Positions 60,701 to 64,000 of a DNA stretch of 64,000 nucleotides are shown piece after piece (positions within the stretch are counted from its first letter, which is position 1; each line of letters starts with the position of its first letter). Below the pieces are notes generated by a model. The model was not told where the DNA came from. It saw only the letters and a program-made list of their open reading frames with translations, and ran no database searches. Source of the DNA: Psammoneis japonica. Taxonomy: Eukaryota. The position numbers and the translations under genes were made by a program. The stretch spans positions 124,001-188,000 of the forward strand of contig QPGO01000080.1 in the NCBI GenBank assembly GCA_008632985.1, given 5' to 3'.

Positions 60701-62450
60701 TGAGCTTGAACACAGAAGCCAAACAGGTGTGATGCAAAATGCAATCATTGTCTGCAGTTGGGAGTTCCATGGCATCCAATTCTTTGCATGGCATTGCAAA
60801 AGCATTGTTGCACAGAACAAAGTGCCCTCCACAACCTCTTCAGCAGGTGTGTGTTCCGGCTCTGGAGGAGCAAGCATTTCAAGACCATTGACATCAGCAT
60901 TGCAATGAGGGGTCTCAAAACGGTCATGGGGTGGCAAGGGTTTGAGACATGGTTGGCTGGTGATTCATGAGCAAGAGGGCCATCAGCTGGGCTGACAAAT
61001 GAGCTGAGAGTTTCCACAATGTGTTTCTTGGCGCACTTGTGCTGGTGGGCAGGAGAGGTTGGTTCAACCTCAGCAACATGCATGAGGAACTTTGAGCACT
61101 TGGTGTTCTTGACAAAAACAGTCATCTCACAATCATTGTCTGGCGAGGAATCAGAGTCAAAAACAAATGCGCGCAGTTGCAAAAAATCCTTGAAGATTGC
61201 ACAGTGGTTGTTGAGGGACAAGTTTCCTTGTTTGGGATGCAAGTCAACCACACCAGCGGCTTCATCACAAAAGGCCAGATGAACTTGAAAAAGCATCTGT
61301 TTCAATGCATTGCAGCTGTTGCCATGGCAAGAGGTGACAATGTGACAAAGCTTGCTGTTCTTGGGGAACATGTCTGGGTGCAAAAGTGGCTTGTGCAGAG
61401 CATGCAATGCACGTGCATGCATTGTGGCAAGTCATCAGTGGCAGCATTGCCAATGGTGAAACCTGCACATCTTGTCCATGGTTTTGCTTGAAACACCATA
61501 AAGGATGCACACAGCATCCACAATCAGAGGTGTGCCACTGAAAATTTTGATGCCATTGACGAATTCCATGGGGAGAGTTGTCATGACACAGGCTTGGTTC
61601 ATGGAGAAGAGCCGTCCCATGTGGCCTGGATTCAGGGTCATGACAAACAGGGATCAATCTGGCAAGATGAGTTGGTCTGCACCATCCAGGTGGTGCACAC
61701 AGCCACTCAAGCAGTTCTTCAGGGAGTTTTGAAGGATCACTTTCTTGGCAGCTCTGTGGTCAAATCTTGCACAGACATTGCTTGGGAGCTTGTCCGGATT
61801 GAAAAGAAATTTCAATGACAAGGACATGTTGACCAAATCAATGACATTGACAGAACCTGAAGTGGCAGCTGCTGGTTGTTGCTTGGGAGTGTAGACTGGA
61901 GGGCATGGAGTGTCAGAGGACTCGCTCCAATCCCTGAAAGAATGTTGCATCATGGGGTGAAAGTGGAGATGCGTGGTGCCAACAAGAACAGCAACCTTGG
62001 CATGCTTGTTCTTGAGGGCTTGCTCAATCCTGCAGTTGATCATCTGATGGGACAAACAAGATGCTTGGTCCATTGAACCAGGACTGACAACCTTGAGGGA
62101 TGCTTTCTTGAAGAAGGACACGACTGACAGTTTATCGGCAGGATCAAAGGTCTCCAGGAGAATCAATTCTTAAAGAACACATTCCCGAAGTAAGTCAATG
62201 ATGTTGTCCTTGGAGGTTGCATGGTTGGGATCATCAAAAAATTGATCCAGATCAACAATGACACCACTGCAAAGATTGTTGAAGTGCTTCGCAACCTCAT
62301 TGTCACCACAATGTGGTTGAAACACAACAGGGATCTCTCTGAGGCAGCCATGAGTGTGCTTCTTGGGGGTCAAATGCACCATGGTTTCTGAGGTGCACAA
62401 AATTTTTAGTCATGCACATGTGGAAATCCAGCACAGTTCTACAGAGCCTG
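57712..62450 (-). mobile_element. Degenerate Ty1/copia element of another lineage (gag, protease, pre-integrase, integrase, start of RT)
   Basis: QFDASAHVSC protease-like, LWHQCLGHPS..CPACIQAK, HQNGPVE, LPIKFW, FCTFGCCVW, and GEFAQL..VLCPQWQCNVK. Confidence 0.8.
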
Positions 62451-63130
62451 TGTGCCAATGAAAAAATCCTCTTTCAGGATCAAAATGGTGGCAGGCTCAT
62501 TCAGCTGACAAACCAAACAAGAGCCATGGTGGGAGAGTTGCAACACAGAGGAGTGACAACCTGGTGAGGCCACAACCTGACAGAATGCCAATGGTGAAAG
62601 CAATGAGCTAAAGAGCTCCCTGCAGACTGGTGACAGTGGATGACATGTGTGCCAGTGAGAAAGAGTGAGAGAAGCAGATCTTGGATGGATGTGCTCATCT
62701 GTTCAATGACGTCTGTCCGTCATCGGTGCACAGTCTGACCATGTGCCATGGCAGGTCTGCTGACAGGCACTGCTCCTTTCTGCTTTGCTGATGCATGACT
62801 CAACAGCAGCAAGCAGCAACATGTGCATTTCAAGCTGCAAATGCACAACTTGATGCACCCACTGCCCTTGCTGCATTTGCCACACATGTGAAAGATGGTC
62901 CAATCACTTCCACCTCACCCACCCACTGCCCATGCTGTGCACCACCAGCTTGGGAATGGGAGATGGTTGGCATCAATGCCAGCAACCTCTCTCAGTCCAA
63001 AAGCTGACACCAACCAATGATGTCTGCTTCTTTTTTGCAAGGCCAGGGTCTGCTTCCATTTGGCATTTGTCAGTTTTTTTGTGCCCCCAGCTCTTTGGAC
63101 ACTTGTCTTCAGTGCTTGAAGAGGTCAGAG

Positions 63131-63211
63131 CAGCCATGCAAAACAAACCCCCCATGTGCACAGAGGGGAGGCACAGACCACCATCTCCTGTTGGTCTCCC
63201 ATCTGCACTGA
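63131..63211 (-). repeat. Inverted partner of the 2011-2099 repeat
   Basis: Reverse complement matches 2011-2099. Confidence 0.6.
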
Positions 63212-64000
63212 ACCCACCAAGTGAAGGCAAGCTTGTCTTTGACAGACCAGGCCCAAGCAAAATTTGCTGCCTTTACCAGATTCAATTCCTTGACATCCGC
63301 CAGGCATTCCCATGTTGTCACACCTTCTTTCCAGTGCATGCATGAGTTCCATCCCTTTGTTGTCTGTGTGATGTGTTGGCAGTCTGACCAGATGCAGCAG
63401 TTTTGGGCACCTCAACATTTAACTCAAAGATGTCATGGACCATGTTTGACTGAATCAGTCCTCCAGCTTTTGAGACAGCCATCCTTGTGGCCTGCTCCAT
63501 GCTTGGATTTATGAACAGCTCCTGTGGAAGTGTTGGTCTGTTGATGGCAGTCAGCTTTCCTGGCCTTTTTGCAAAGCTGCTTGATCATCTTTTGGGCCAC
63601 ATTTGCTGTCACAGCATGGAGGGCACCATCTTGTGTAAAGAACAAGGACAACACTTCACGTGCCAGGGTCTTAGAGATTTTAGAAGACAGATGTGTGCTC
63701 AGCTGTTGGACATGCTCAAGACTTGAGCACAGATGTTGCCTGACCTTGACTTGATGGAGAAAAGCACAATGTTAGAGTGCACTCCCTTTGCAATGCACCT
63801 GTGTTGCAGTTGGCAGTCATTGATGCAGAGCATTGGATTCAATGTCATCCTTCTTGCACCTCACTGAGCCATGACCTTGGCTGCATTCTTGGCATCCTTC
63901 AAGCTGAAGATGTGGACCAATTCTTGGCCAAGCACTCCTGCTGTTCTTCTTTTGTCATTTTGAGCAAAGAGAGGACAACTGATGCAAGCAGCATGCAATC
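63212..64000 (-). mobile_element. Fragment of another degenerate CoDi-like copia (integrase to RT linker)
   Basis: WKEGVTTWECLADVKELNLVKAANFA...AFTWWV matches the linker WKDGTESWVSLKDMKESHPVETAEFA...AFRWWM at ~4650-4780. Confidence 0.65.

Noticed and set aside
34000..64000. Classical RIP, or CpG methylation decay alone, as the cause of the composition bias
   Set aside because: RIP increases TpA and 5mC decay does not remove it. Conserved Tyr codons and paired copies show TA is the ancestral state being lost.

Overview
Eukaryotic genomic DNA, most consistent with a diatom (CoDi-type Ty1/copia elements, an RNase H-bearing LINE, GT10 fucosyltransferases). Two small gene islands (about 7.1-10.5 kb and 24.1-33.8 kb) hold two SGNH-like membrane proteins, an inverted pair of alpha-1,3/4-fucosyltransferases and a sulfotransferase-like gene. 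They sit among large transposon blocks, including a four-level nest: old copia > 110-bp-LTR TRIM > Ngaro/PAT-like tyrosine-recombinase retrotransposon > young copia. The main signal is domain-restricted hypermutation. Inside the transposon blocks TpA has been converted almost entirely to TpG/CpA (A:T>G:C on both strands, the reverse of fungal RIP), together with CpG>TpG/CpA decay, while genes are spared. It shows in paired repeat copies, in sister LTRs and in Tyr>Cys/His changes at catalytic sites. It has a flanking-base preference, sharp borders and escaped patches. This looks like a genome-defence mutator that I do not recognise as described. All counts and alignments were done by eye, and relic boundaries are approximate.
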